From: Azolla caroliniana
Lineage: Eukaryota > Plantae > Polypodiophyta
Length of the DNA: 64,000 nt
Direction: 5' to 3'
NCBI GenBank assembly: GCA_043228905.1
Contig: JBHGNT010000004.1
Span: 11,408,001-11,472,000, forward strand
This document shows, piece by piece, positions 23,140 to 36,863 of the stretch. How positions within the stretch are numbered: position 1 is the stretch's first letter; every line of letters starts with the position of its first letter. Below the pieces are notes generated by a model, which was not told the origin of the DNA, did not search any database, and worked only from the letters and a program-made list of their open reading frames with translations. Position numbers and translations under genes: made by a program.

Positions 23140-25590
23140 GAGCTTGCGGAAGAAGTGTACATGGTGCAACCTCCCGGATTTTAGTCTGAATTGAACACGT
23201 CAGATATTTTTCAACTGAAGAAGTCCCTCTATGGATTAAACCAAGCCCCGCGTGCTTGGAACGCAAAGATCACATAGGGATTGTGTCGGATGGGGTTTGG
23301 TACATCAAAGTCAGACTTTTCACTTTTCATTCGGTAGGGTCGGAATGGGTCAGTAAGCATTTTGCTTTATGTTGATGATTTGGTCATCGTCGATGCCAAC
23401 CTAGAAGAAATCAACCATGTAAAGTCCCAACTTGCTACATCGTTCGAAATGAAGGATTTGGGGGACATTCATTACTTCCTCGAGATCAAAGTGATCTGCA
23501 CCCTTGAAGGCATACTAATCAACCAAAGGCATTATGTGTTGAGTATGTTGTTCAAGTTTGGAATGACGGATTGCAAATTCTTCTAGAATCGTCTAGACCT
23601 AAATGTGAAGCTTCATCAATGTTCGGGAATGGCATGCAACTTGACACGGTTCTGAAAGATTGATGGAAGCCTTATCTACTTGACCATCACCCGTCCAGAC
23701 TTCAGCTATTCAGTCGGCTTGACCAATTAGTTTGTGTCGCAGTAGATGACCGAACACCTTCAATATGCACAAAGGATCTTGAGATATGTAAGTGGCACGA
23801 AGGATCGGGCAATGCGGTATTAGACTGACGTATCCGAAAAGCTGGTCGGTTACACAGATGCCGACTGGGCCAGAAATGCCAGCAATCATAGGTCTACATC
23901 AGATTTTGTGTTTTTGTTTGGAAGCACCATGATAGCCTAGAGTAGTAAGAAGCAGCTGATAGTTGCACTGTCGAGCACCAAGGCCGAATATCGAGGAGTG
24001 ATTGTCGCGACATGTGAAGCCATATGGCTCAAGCGACTTCTAAGGGATCTACATGTGAAGGTGTCTGAGCCGATAATCATATACTATCACAACCTCAACA
24101 ACATCCAACTAGCAAAGAACCTCATCTTCCACGCTCGGACAAAGCACATCGAGGTGCATTATCATTTTGTTCGTTAGCGTGTTCTCTTCGCTGAAGTGGA
24201 ACTTGTATATGTTCGGACTGATTGGCAGGTTGCTGATATCTTCACCAAAACACTTGGCCTAGACAAGTTATGATGATTCTCGAGTATGCTTGGCTTGCAG
24301 CACCTCGACATGCCGAACTTAAGGGGGAGAAACTGTAGCGAAAAGGAGAGAGATGAAGTCCAAAAAACCGAATCGAATGTGGAATTCAATTTTGGGACAG
24401 ATGAAGAAGTTGAGAACTGATGCAGGGGGGGAGTGGTCAAAAGAATGAGTCGAAAGTGGAGCCAACCGAACAAGGGGAAGGTAGAGCTGAGAAAGCTAGT
24501 GCAGGTGGCGGAGACAAGAAGGCTAGAGCCGACCTGAAGATGAAGGCCAAGACCAGGACGTGGTCAGATGTGGTCAAGGGCCTAGAAGAAGACGAATCAG
24601 AGACAACCGATTTGGTCAAGAAGAGTGTTTCAGACAAGCAGAATCACATAAAGGCCAGATGGATGAAAGGGCGCTAAAGTAGCAAAGCCAAGAAGAAGGC
24701 CAACGAAGACCATAGCAGCAGACAATTTCACCGAGTAGGTCAAGGAACGCCAAACCGGATAGGTCAAGGAGCGTCAAATCAGACAGGTCGAGGAGCGTGA
24801 GCGAGGAGGCATGAAGCCAAGAATGCTGGAGCGATGTACCAACTGGAGCTGACAATGAACCTCAAGTTGAGCTTGAGGGGGAGTGTTGAGCAAGCAAGCT
24901 CAACTTTGGCCAGATCGGTTGAAGAAGCCGAGAGCCAGATCATATGGAAATTGATCATCGGTTAGGCCCAAATCGAGTGAGGAAACCAGGACTCGGATCG
25001 GATGGAGACCGATCAGCTACACCCGGATCGGTTGAAGAAACCAAGAGCCGGATCGGATGAAGACCGATCAGCTAGGCCGAGTTGGGTGGAATCCGACAGG
25101 CCATTAGGGCGCTATAATCCTATTTTAGTGAATAGGAACATTATTGGTTGTTAGTGTCAGGCTCAGTTAATGAGCATTCAAGTACTTGTCAGTACTTCTG
25201 TCAATCCTTCTAGGACTTGTATAAAGAGTGCTCACTGAGCACATTTTACGTACTGAGTGTTGATTATTTCAAATCAAGTTTTTTGGTTGTCTGCTCCGTC
25301 TCTATAACTCTCTCATCTCATCTTTGTGTATACCTAACTATTGTATTTCCGGATAATTGATTGTGTTCTCTGTGTGTAACATAAATTTTCTCATGTAATA
25401 TTTTACATGGTATCAAAGCATGAGGGTTAGAAGAATCCTCTGCAGTCGGCAAAGAGAACAAGAAGGAGACGAGTTTTTTGTCTTCCGGAGAAGATTAGAC
25501 ATGAATAGGGACAGAGGTATAGGTAGCTCGTTTCCAACGGAGAAGCTCGATAGAAGCAACTATGTATCTTGGTCATACAAGATGCACCTA
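23140..25590 (+). mobile_element. Copia family E: decayed RT-RNase H-tail, PPT, LTR 24884-25407, Met PBS and start of the next gag
   Basis: LKKSLYGL, LYVDD, KHIEVHYHF. GAGGGGGAG-TGTTGAG. TGGTATCAAAGC at 25408. MNRDRGIGSSFPTEKLDRSNY. Confidence 0.88.
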
Positions 25591-26790
25591 ACTATCGTAT
25601 TTCTGGATAATGGGTTGTGTTTTCTGTGTGGATCGTGAAGGGTTAGATTCAGGATTAACATCTACGGTAGAGGGAACATATGTAAGGGAAACTAAAATGA
25701 GTTATGAGGACTTGTTGATGCGTTACCACCAATGTATGGGACATACCTCTTATGATGTTTTGAGTTGGGTGTATCCACATCTTTTTGAAAATGCTGATAA
25801 AACGAAAACTTGTTTGTGATGCATGTGAATTTGGTAAGCTTACTAAAAGCTCGTATGTTAGTTTGGGTCATAGGAGCTCCCATGCGTTTGATGTAATACA
25901 CTCTGATGTTTGGGGACTGTGTTCCACAACTTCTATTAATGGATATAGATATTTTGTCTCTTTCATTGACCGAGCTTCTCTTGTGTTACTTGGTTATATT
26001 TGATGAAAAGAAAGAAAGAAGTATTTTCTTGCTTTAAAGATTTTCATAGAGCAGTTCAAAGTCAATATGGTACAGTAGTAAAGGTGTTGAGGTCTGATAA
26101 TGGAACATAGTATGCTAACATTACGTTTAGGGCATACCTCTTAGATCAAGGAATACAGCATCAAACTACATGCCCATATACACTAGTACAAAATGGAGTA
26201 GCAGAGAGGAAGAAGAACAAACATCTTCTAGAGGTAACAAGAAGCATGATGATTTCTATGAATGTCCCAAAGCAGTTGTGGGGACAAGCAATTTTGACGG
26301 TTGTCGCATTGATCAATAGAATGCCCTCTAGAGTATTGGAGTGGAAGTCTCCATGTGAGTTGTTGCAAGGAGATCACTCTCGAATCCTTCCTTTGAAGGT
26401 GTTTGGAAGACATGTGTGTTTTGTAAAGGACAATAGACCAGTTGTAGGAAAGATTGATCATAAAGCTGTGAAATGTGTATTTGCGGAATACTCTGCCACA
26501 CAAAAAGGGTATGTTCGTTGGAGTTCAGTGGAGAAGATATTATTTGTGAGCATGGATGTGCATTTCAAAGAGTCGGAGCAATATTATAAACAAGGGGTAA
26601 CTTCACCCTTTGATGGCTTAATTGAGATTGAAAATATGAGGGCAGGAGATAATAGTGAGACTTTGCTAAAAATAGGGTCAATTCCTTTGTTGATCACTAC
26701 ATCAATTGAGAAACAAGTGAGTGTAGGAGATGAGGAAGAAGAAGGAAAAGAAGACGAGGAACCTGTATGTGTTGGGAAATTTTGAGGTAG
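25590..26790 (+). pseudogene. Ty1/copia (Ale/Retrofit-like) GAG-pre-integrase and integrase fragment
   Basis: HQCMGH..CDACEFGK..IHSDVWG, LRSDNG, QNGVAERK, LINRMPS and KAVKCVF. Confidence 0.85.
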
Positions 26791-26899
26791 ATAAAGGGGA
26801 ATTGGACGCAAATGAAACTATGAGACTTTTTGCGCTACTTGCTATGAAGCTTTCCCTTGCGGCAACCTACAACCTAGAAGAAAACAAGAAGGTGTAGCA

Positions 26900-27250
26900 C
26901 AGACATAGTCTAGTAGTTAAAGCTCTTGCAAAACCTTGTGAGAGGAAACTAGGTGAGTTGCTACAATTATTGCCTTATGCTTTATGGGCTGACAAGACTA
27001 CCAATAACATTGTAACTAGGTTTATGCCTACCAAGCTTATGTATGGCCATAAGCTAATCATGCATATTGTGTAGATGATCGCTTCATGGAGGAAAAATTC
27101 CATGAGAGGAACACATGATTAGGGAAGACTTTCTCATGACAAGAATTAGAACTTGAAAGGTGTCTTGAAGAAGACATAGATGTAGTAATAGAATGATCAA
27201 AGGCAAAAAGTGTTCAACACCAATAGCAATTTGACAAGAAACATTGTGTT
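26900..27250 (+). pseudogene. Highly decayed Ty3/gypsy integrase fragment
   Basis: LPYALWADKTT..MPTKLMYG motif at ~26970-27050. Confidence 0.55.
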
Positions 27251-27651
27251 AGACTAAGGAAAATTGAAAGGGGTCTAAGTGCATGTTCACAACATGAAGC
27301 CAATGTTTACAAAAACAATGATTTGTACCATACATGATGTGCAAGTTTGGTGGGGGTGGATGTTCTGATGTGGCATGCCAGAAACGAGTAAAACGACTTA
27401 ATTTAGTTGAAAGGGAGTTTTGAAAAGTTGAGATATCCAAGCTTCATTTGCAAAAACATTTCAAGGAAATCTAAATGGGAAGGTTTTTGACAACAAAAAG
27501 TGATGTAGTGTTGATCATTGTTGCCTTTTGACGGCTAACATTGCCTGTCATGAGAATGGTATTCCAAAATTTTTGCCCATCAAATGACGGTTTGTCAAAA
27601 AAATTGCCCTTCAAAAAGTAAATACATCGAATATTTGTACGAAACAATATA

Positions 27652-30600
27652 TTATACCCTTGTATCCTTTGCATCTTTCCAAATTTCATGTACACGATCC
27701 CATTGTATTTCTTCAATGCGTGGCCCATTCAATGAGACTCGCATTAAATCATCTAAATGCTCGATATTCAATCGATTTCTTTTCATCTCTTTGATGAGTT
27801 TTTGCTTAGAGAACCCTCTCTCACACGAAACTGTGCTAGACAGAATAACCAAAGTAGTTGGCCATAATTTCATCAAATGAGGGAAACTATCTTGCCAATC
27901 CTTCATTTTGCAAAACATACGCCAAGCTTCATGCATAGTATAGCCTTCACAATTTAAACGTAAAGTGTCAACAAACCTATAGAGTTCCATTTCACAAGCC
28001 TTTGCATCATGTAAAATTTAAAGACATGCATTGACATCAACATTTGGCTGTAAATGAGAAATCAAAATTCTCAACCATGTCTTTGTTTTACTATCCCTAA
28101 TCACATCATCATCTGCATTATGGCATGGGCTGAATAATTTTGTTGCATTGAAGAGGCTTATGTCAAGGAAGCTTGCATTTAGTCCATCAAGAATATTTTG
28201 CACATAATTTTGAGATAGTTTAATACAACTTTCAAGTGATCCATTTATAAATGGCCTCATTCCCTTAGATTTTGCAATATTGGGATTCGTATCATTTGGA
28301 CTTGCTTTATCCATAGGAATTTGTTTGAAGTATAGTTCATGTCTATATGTAACGCCATCTTTATTCTCTATTTCCCAAAACCGAACTTTAGAACATCATA
28401 AGAACTTGGATAAATACATTGTTCCATCCGCAAATGTGTCATTTCTCAAGAAAGACCTCCGCAAATTAGAAATATTAATATCAATTTCTACACCAATTGA
28501 AGTTACATCCAAATTCTCTTTTTGAAGTTTCAAGCTCAAAATATTCATCAAATGCAACACATCAACCATCATACAAAAGCAAAATTGCACACTATAGATA
28601 CAAGCTTTATTATACCACTCATTTAAGTTCTCTTTCTTCCAAATAGTAAGTATTGCAGGCATTATACTCATTAGTCTTTCCATGACTTGACCACGTCAAA
28701 ACCAACAAATATTATGAATTTGTAAGGGTCTATGAGCATCCAATTGCATTTGTTCCAAGAGCTCTAAAATTTCATGTGTCCTTTTGGTACTATTGTTAGC
28801 CCATGCATATACCTTATTTGCAATTTTTTCTACACGAATGAGCTCACGGATATCTTTAGATACATATGAAATAACCAATGCTTCTCTATGAGCAATACAA
28901 TGTACACCAACCAAAATTGGGATATCATTTTTCATTAATGTCACTGTTCCAATTTCACTACCAATCATTGATGACGCACCATCAGTTGCTAATCCAATCA
29001 ACTTGTTCATGTTGAGGCATCGATTGCCTAATAGATGCTTAACATGTTCATATATAGCTCTACATTTACCATTGGGAATTTTCAGCAAACCCATATATTC
29101 AATTTGCTTAGGCCCAAAACCACCACATTGCAAGTATGTAACTGTTTGGATCTCGGTCCCTCCGGATGGGATACGTGTACCCAGCAAGGAAGACCCGGTG
29201 AGAACCGGATGTTGAAGGCCCGGTGAGAACTAGATGATGCAGGCCCGGTGAGAACCGAATGATGCAGGCCTAGTGAGAACTGGATGACGAGTACCCGTCA
29301 AGAAAGACCCAGTGAGAACCAGATGATGCAGACCCGGTGAGAATCGGATGACGAGTACCCGGCAAGGAAGACCCGGTGAGAACCGGGTGTTGCAGGCCCA
29401 GTGAGAACCTCTCACCGGATGAAGGGACATATATGTAGATATGTTTTTGAGAACCCATTGGGGCTATATCTGTAAATAGTCCTAATGTCATATTAATATA
29501 AATGTGACCTAGGGCAAACAGTGTGATATATATATAGTTGTTGTTATGATCTTCATATAGTATCATTGGTGTAACGATTGTACAGAGAGAGAGAGAGAGA
29601 GCGATACAGAGCACGTCTCTGTTGTAACCGCCGCCAGGCGAAGATCGTGAGCAAGAGGTCGTTGCCTCTGTGTTCCCTGTTGTACTCCTTGACATAGTGA
29701 GAGTTTGGAGTTTGTGGACTACTGTGGTTTTTCCCTCTCAAGGTTTTCCACGTTAACATCTTGTGTATTCTCTTTTTGTTTGTGTACTTACCTCCATTCT
29801 CATTTCTTCTGTGTTTGATTGTCATTGAGTGATCTATGCTTCGGTTGTGGCTGGAGATTATTCCGCATCTTGAGAGGTGCATCAACTACCTAACCGGTAA
29901 GCTAAACCGAACCTCCTTCCGATCAAGGACACCGATGAGACGTAATGCACCATTGGAGTTGGTGCATACCGATGTGTGTCAAGTGGACACGAAGTCCCAT
30001 GCTGGAGCGCAGTACTTCGTGACGTTTTGGGCTAAGGCGCTGTCGACAACGACGTATGTGATAAACAGATCACCCTCAGTGCCCTTGGATGGAGACACGC
30101 TGCAAAAGGTGTGGACCAGTAAGGAAGTGTCCTACTGGCATCTGATGGTGTTCGGGTGTCTCGCGTACGTGCATGTTGCTAAGGACCGGAGAGGAAAGTT
30201 GGATCCAAAGACCCGGCCATGCATATTCCTCGGATATGGCGATGATGAGTTCAGCTACCGAGTGTGGGATCCGGTTGACAAGAAGGTTTTCTGGAGCCGA
30301 GAAATGATCTTCATGGAGGACAAGACTCTTGCCAACTGGGAGTCGGAGAAGAAGATAATGAACTCCGATGGGATTCGGACCAACCCGGGTAAGAGCCGGT
30401 TGACACTCGAGGAACCGGCCGGTTACGGTGAGGATACCGAACCGGCAGAAGAAGAAGCAGAGGAAGCTGAAACTGGAATTGGCCAAGACCTCGAATCGGA
30501 TTGGGATGAAGAACAAATAGAGAAGGGCCCTCGGAGATTTCCGGATGTAGAGCATATGCTGCTGACTGATGAGGGGGAGTCGGAAAGCTTCGAAGAAGCG

Positions 30601-32551
30601 AAAGATGACACCCATAGCCGCAAGTGGTTGAGTGTCATGCAAGACGAGATGGATTCCTTGCATGAGAACCACACGTATGAATTGGTGGAATTGCCGAAAG
30701 GAAAGAGGGCACTCCGAAACAACTAGGTGTACAAGTTGAAACCGGGAGATGCTGGCAACCCTGCAAGGTACAAAGCCAGGATGGTGGTGAAGGGGTTCCA
30801 GCAGAAGAAGGGCGTGGACTTCGACGAGATATTTGCCGCGGTAGTAAAGATGACTTCCATCTGGACGGTGCTAAGCATAGCGGCAAGCATGGACCTCGAG
30901 GTAGAGTAGTTAGACGTGAAGACGGCGTTCCTCCACGACGACCTCAAAGAGGAGATTTACATGCAGCAACCAGAGGGATTTGTGAAGAAAGGGAAGGAGC
31001 ACCTGGTTTGCCGGTTTAAAAAGAGCCTCTACGAGTTGAAGCAGGCTCCCCGGCAATGGTACCGGAAGTTCAACTCCTTCATGACCGATCAAGGGTACCA
31101 CAAGACGCAGGCCGATCACTACGTATTTGTGAAGAAGTTAGAAGGTAGAGACTGCTTGATACTCCTTTTGTACTTGGACAACATGGTGATCGTCGGACTA
31201 GACAAAGTCAAGATACAGATGTTGAAGAAGGCCCTGAACCGTACCTTCTCAATGAAAGACTTGGGTCCGACAAGACAAATGCTTGGGATGCATATCATCC
31301 GGGTCCGGTCGACGAAGCAATTCTGGTTGTCACAGGAGAAGTATGTGACAAAGGTGCTCAGCGGTTCAACATGTCAGATGCAAAACTGGTTGGATCGACA
31401 CTTCCGGCAAACTACAAGTTATCCGGTAAGCAAAGCCCGAAGACGAAGGCAGAGAAGGCAGATATGATGAAGATACCATATGCCTCTACCGACGGGAGCC
31501 TAATGTACGCAATGGTGTGTACCCGACTGGATATCAGATATGTAGTCGGAGTGGTGAGCCCGGTTTATGAGCAATCCCGGCAAGGAGCACTGGAATGCGG
31601 TAATATGGATACTCCGATACTTGAAAGGCACCTCAAGTATGTGTCTCCGATTCGGCTTCGATAAACCCCAACTTGACGGTTTCACCGATTTGGATATGCT
31701 AGCTGATGCGGATACCATCCGGTCAACATCCGGATATGTCATGACATATGCGGGGGGAGCTGTTTCGTGGCAATCAAGGTTGCAGAAGACGGTTGTGTTG
31801 TCAACCAAGGAAGCCGAGTACATGGCAGCTGTGGAAGCCGACAAGGAAATACTATGGATGAAGGACTTCATCAAAGAGCTAGGGATCCGGCAAGAGGAAT
31901 ACCGGCTCTATTGCAACAGTCAAAGTGCCATCCACCTTGCGAAGAACGCATCATATCATTCCAGGACGAAGCACATCTAGCGGAGGTACCACTGGATTCG
32001 GGAGTGAGTAGAAGGCCGAGAGTTCGTGTTGACGAAGATCCACATGGAGGAGAACGGGTCGGATATGCTGACCAAGGTGTTGACGCTCGACAAGCTAGAC
32101 GCATGCCGGAAGCGAATTGGACTGACGTGGCATCCCATGCCGGAGTGAAGGGGGAGTTTTTTAGGATCTCGGTCCCTCTAGATGGGATACGTGTACCCGG
32201 CAAGGAAGACCCGGTGAGAACTAGATGATGCAGGCCCAGTGAGAACTGGATGACGAGTACCCGGCAAGGAAGACCCAATGAGAACCAGATGACGAGTACC
32301 CGGCAAGGAAGACCCGGTGAGAACCGGGTGTTGTAGGCCCGATGAGAACCTCTCACCGGATGAAGGGACATATATGTAGATATGTTTCTGAGAACCCATT
32401 GGGGCTATATCTGTAAATAGTCCTAATGTCATATTAGTATAAATGTGACCTAGGGCAAACAGTGTGATATATATATATATAGTTGTTGTTATGATCTTCG
32501 TATAGTATCATTGGTGTAACGACTGTACACACACACACACACACACACACA

Positions 32552-32611
<60 letters not shown>

Positions 32612-33619
32612 ATGTCTCTGTTGTAACCGCCACCAGGCAAAGATCGTGAGCAAGAGGTCGTTGCCTCTGTGCTCCCTGTTGTACTCCTTGACATAGTGAG
32701 AGTTTGGAGTCTGTGGAGTCCCGTGGTTTTTCCCTCTCAGGGTTTTCCATGTTAACATCTTGTGGATTCTCTTTCTGTTTGTGGATTCCCATTTCTTCTG
32801 TGTTTGATTGTCGTCGAGTGATCTATGCTTCGGTTGTGGCCGGAGATTATTCCGCATATTTCTCGTCAGTTATATACACAATGAGATGCAACTATAATCC
32901 ATTGTGAGTACTTTCATCTTGCATCAAAGAGTAGTATGGGGAATTTATTAGGTTTGAGCTTTGAATTTCTAGAAGATATTTCCCAAAGGCAACCAAAAAT
33001 TCATATCCACCATATCTACTAGTATAAGATATATAATCATGTTGCTTAGGCATATTAGGCACCTCTAGTAGCATAGCCAAATCACATAATTCTTGGTATG
33101 TAGTGATAGACAAATCTTTTTTTGCAATAAAGTACACGAGTTTCATTGTTGTATGACCTTATTTTTGTTAATATTATCCAATTGTGATACATGCTTTGGG
33201 ATGGACATCGCTTTCCCTTCAACATCACACATCCACTTTGATGCGCATAATTTATGACCACTTGAGTTAACATGGGTCAAAATTGCATCAAGTTGCAAAG
33301 TAATGCATCCAGAACCAACACCCCAAGGCCCAGGACTAGCGTATTTCTCACACCATGTACATTTCACTAATGTTTTCTCTCCTTGCATAATGCATCGTAT
33401 CCTTAGGAATTTATCTCTCCATGCATCACGGAATTTTCTCTCAGGCTTTTCTTTGGTTTTAGAGGAACAACTCTCTTGAGTTAAACTCTCTAAATCAATC
33501 TCAAACAAATCCATATCCTCATTTAAGTCATTGTTTATGTTTATGTCATTTGTATCGTTCGATGGTTTCCATGCAAACATTGCACTAATGGTTCGTTGAT
33601 TTTTTCTTTTGGGAGCCAT
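27652..33619 (-). pseudogene. hAT transposase (ZNF862-like), split by a copia insertion
   Basis: N-terminal zinc finger (CTWC..H..SSGH), MQDEST, ATDGASSM, HCIAHR and CERGFS dimerization motif. Many stops and frameshifts. Confidence 0.9.
29143..32868 (+). mobile_element. Internally deleted copia family D element nested in the hAT transposase
   Basis: LTRs 29143-~29870 and 32159-32868. Degenerate TSD GTAAC/GTTAT. Partial INT, RT (YKARMV, LLYLD) and RNase H. No PBS, gag or protease. Confidence 0.9.
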
Positions 33620-34049
33620 AATTATACTGAATAAGAAGAAATGGATAATGTAAGAAAAGATCATGCCATCAGTTCAAAACAATCACTAGCATCATTAAAC
33701 CCATACATATTAGTTATGACCTATTGAGCAATGAGATTTTACATGAATATAATTCTCTTTGGCAAAAAGATCATACTTTGTTGATTATACCTTGAAGCGA
33801 AAAGGATAATCTCTAAGATATGAGTAATGACATACAACTCCAAGCATCCAAAACTTAGTCATATGTCCATATTAGCATGTTACTATCACAACTCCACAAA
33901 CAAGGGTCATATAAACTTTGTATGAAATATGAGAGATTAGCTAAGGTTAAGAGATTGACATCTATGAGCCTTTCAAATTGCAACACACTCTAAGTGTGTG
34001 CTATCTACTACACAGCAGCCAAGAAGAAATTTCCAAACTTTTGCCCTTA

Positions 34050-34218
34050 AAGAGGAGAGCAATACCGATTTTGATGGACTAGTAAAAGAATTTGGTGGTA
34101 TTTCTACTTCATGTGGAACTCAACCTCTAAAACCAACGAAAGCCCAGAAAAGGCGTGACAAGAGAGCAAATCAAGAAGTTGAAAGAGAACAAAGAATTCA
34201 AGAATAGCAAAACAATGT
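34050..34218 (+). pseudogene. Captured fragment of an OTU deubiquitinase gene (OTU5/OTUD6B-like)
   Basis: DFDGLVKEFGGIS..KPTKAQKRRDKRANQEVEREQRIQE*QNNV resembles the region preceding the OTU domain in plant OTUD6B orthologues (recognised from memory). Confidence 0.65.
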
Positions 34219-34335
34219 GGTATTGCAGTTTGTGGGGATTTTTGTTTAGGTCCAAATGTAGAATGTGCTATATTAAGTTTCCTAGTGGCCTCTGAGAAGA
34301 TTCAGTCTCTCTTGGCTTCGAATGCCAAATTATGA
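34219..34335 (+). pseudogene. Captured C-terminus of a renalase-like FAD-dependent oxidoreductase
   Basis: GIAVCGDFCLGPNVECAILS..SNAKL-stop. CGDFC..PNVE.AILS is the family C-terminal motif, and AKL is a PTS1-type tripeptide. Confidence 0.7.
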
Positions 34336-36863
34336 CATGCTGTTAATTTTTTCCTAGAAGCTCTATATCAAAGATTGAGGAATGAGGTCAATCATGTCTT
34401 TGAGAGCCAACTTTGATCTCTGTACATATATGCTCTGAACAAGCAATATATAGAATGGGTCCTATCTGCTTATTTCATTCATAAGTTCTGTATTGGCAAT
34501 GCGGGAAAGGTAAAGGTCAGAAACACTTCTGAAAAAGAAAATCAACTTTGAATACAGTAAGCTATCTTAACTTATGATGAGGCACTGTATTCAAATTTGA
34601 TTTTTCAAGGATTCAATTTTCAAGTATTTGCAAAACAATATTGAGCTTGGTAACTATTCAGCAAAGTAAGGTAATGTTGATAGGACAACCGTTGTGCCTC
34701 AAGGTATGAGTCCTCACCACAATCACAAATCAATTGATCAAAATATATCGAAAGTTTTAGTACTGCAAAGAATCTGACTGGCCTTACAGAGTCTTTGAGA
34801 CTAGGATTGTAGAATATATCAAATTTCTCCATTTTCACTATATCGTACAAGTGAAGAAGCAAATAAACTGCAAAAAATGATAGAGAGGCAAAGCTTACAT
34901 GCATGGGTTAATGCGGATATAGCGACCAAGAAGTTGAAGGTCAACAAGATAACAAAAACGGAGGCGGATCCAGTATATTTGGGCTCAACAGAGTTTTTCA
35001 ATCCCAAACACTGACCTTGATTAAGAATTACTAACCAGCATTGGTCTTATTTAATCATCATTAGATACAAAAGCAAACAATTAAACGAACTATGTTGAGG
35101 ACAAAAAAAACTCTGTAGTAATGAAGCATCACCCCATATCACTATATAAAAGCATATGGATAAATTGCAAGTAGTGAACACCATCATTGTGCATGGTGTT
35201 ATGACCATTGGGTTCATTGAGAGAGAGAGAGAGAGAGAGAGAGAGCTACCTTAGATGGGTGAGCAAGAGATGTTGTTGAATCTATGAGTAGTAGGCAACG
35301 AGCAACAACCTTCGAGTAGGGATGGTGAGCAACAAGCTTCCAACAAGGTGCAGGGCTGAGGGAGCTCCGAGCAATGAACAAACAGGGGAAAAAGGGAGAA
35401 AAGGGGGAAAAAGGGGGAAAGGGGGAGGGGGGAAAAGGGAAAGGAAAGTCTTAGAAGGGGATTCGGGAAGAGGAGATTCATAGTTTAGACTCTAGAGAAA
35501 CATTAGTTTTTTTACCTTTTTTTTTATCCAAACTAAATAAAGTCCCAATGCAACCAGGGTCCAGAACGTTAACATTGTTCCTAAAGGCTAGGACTATAAT
35601 ACTATTGTATTGGTCTTAGCAAAATTTGACGGTATTAGGAAATTTTAAGCCCTCATTTTTACGTTTTCATAAAACATATGCCCGTCAAGATTGACGGTTT
35701 CATTTTTAAATTAACCTTCATATACATTTAAATTTGCCAAAAACGGTCAAAACGGTCAAAACGGCCGTCAAAAGGCAACACTGGTGTTAATCATTATTTG
35801 AAATGCCATGCTTGAGAGTTTCCCTTTCCTTCTCCTCTCTCTTTCTTTCCTCATCTTAATATCTCTCTCCCTGTATAAATAGGTTTTCTATTGTAATTGA
35901 ATATTATTTAGTAATGGAAAAGAAGGCCACACATTGAGGTATGTGACCTCTCATGAAAACAATAAAAATACTGTAATTATAGAAAAAGGGAAAGAAAAGA
36001 AAAATGTTGTGGAGCTTTTTCTTCTACTTCCGAAGAATGTATTGTGAGGGATTGCATCTTCTTCTTTGTCTTTGGAAAGGTTTTTTTAAAGAATTGAGGG
36101 CCACAATTTTTTGGCTGATGGAATTTCAAGGAAATCAAAATGAGGGTATACGGGAAGGCTTTTGACTGTAGAAGTAGTTGGTAACTTGAGAATTTCCCTT
36201 TATTTCCCAAAATCATTCTTTCCATACCTTAATGTCCCCCTACCTATGTAAATAGTTTTTGCCTCCTACTACCTAGATTATTACTTCATGTCTTTATGTC
36301 TAATGAAGCTTATGTATTTCATTAGTAACTTTTGTTGTGGCAACTTGTTACCAAAGGGGAATGACTATAAATTACATATGCTTTTCCATCACTCTTGCAA
36401 GTTCAAGGTTGTAGAAACTAATTTTCGATAACATTTTTTTGCCAATAATAGACTCAATGTCATCTCAAGGTGTTCACACTAACTGCATGTATTTGTACCA
36501 TGAAGTTATACCTCTATGACAATATTGTAATATAGAGGCTATCTCCATATTCCTTATCGATGGCAAGTAACGCAAGGGTGGTTGTCGCTAACTTTGCATA
36601 TCCTAACCTCACAAAATCTTACTTGCCTCCCACAAATACAACTCTAATTAATAAGTAAAATAGTGCCTGTAAAGGGATAAGAGTTAGACATATACATGAA
36701 AAAACGGAATTATGAGTAATGACATCAACCATGCTTTGATTAGAAAGAGGAAGAGAAGATTAATTAAGGTTTATTCTTATCCACAAGGCTATTATAAGTT
36801 ATAACCACATTTAGATCATAGTCTAAGCATATTTTAGAAAACTTAATAAATTGTGTCTTAGTG

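Larger units (their letters stand above)
27516..35783 (-). mobile_element. hAT DNA transposon with both ends intact
   Basis: 20-bp TIRs CA(T/G)TGTTGCCTTTTGACGGC. 8-bp TSD GTGTTGAT/GTGTTAAT. Subterminal GACGG/AACGGTCA repeats. Confidence 0.92.

Noticed and set aside
22789-23169. 126-aa minus-strand ORF as a host gene
   Set aside because: It starts inside antisense copia RT sequence and has no recognisable domain.
29190-29425. CRISPR-like array or hammerhead ribozymes in the CCGGTGAGAACCGG repeats
   Set aside because: The spacers are themselves repeated, the context is a eukaryotic LTR, and there is no CUGANGA/GAAA core.
32434-32857. ORFs with SLSLSL/VCVCV runs (also 4565-5156)
   Set aside because: These are translations of (AG)n and (AC)n microsatellites inside LTRs.
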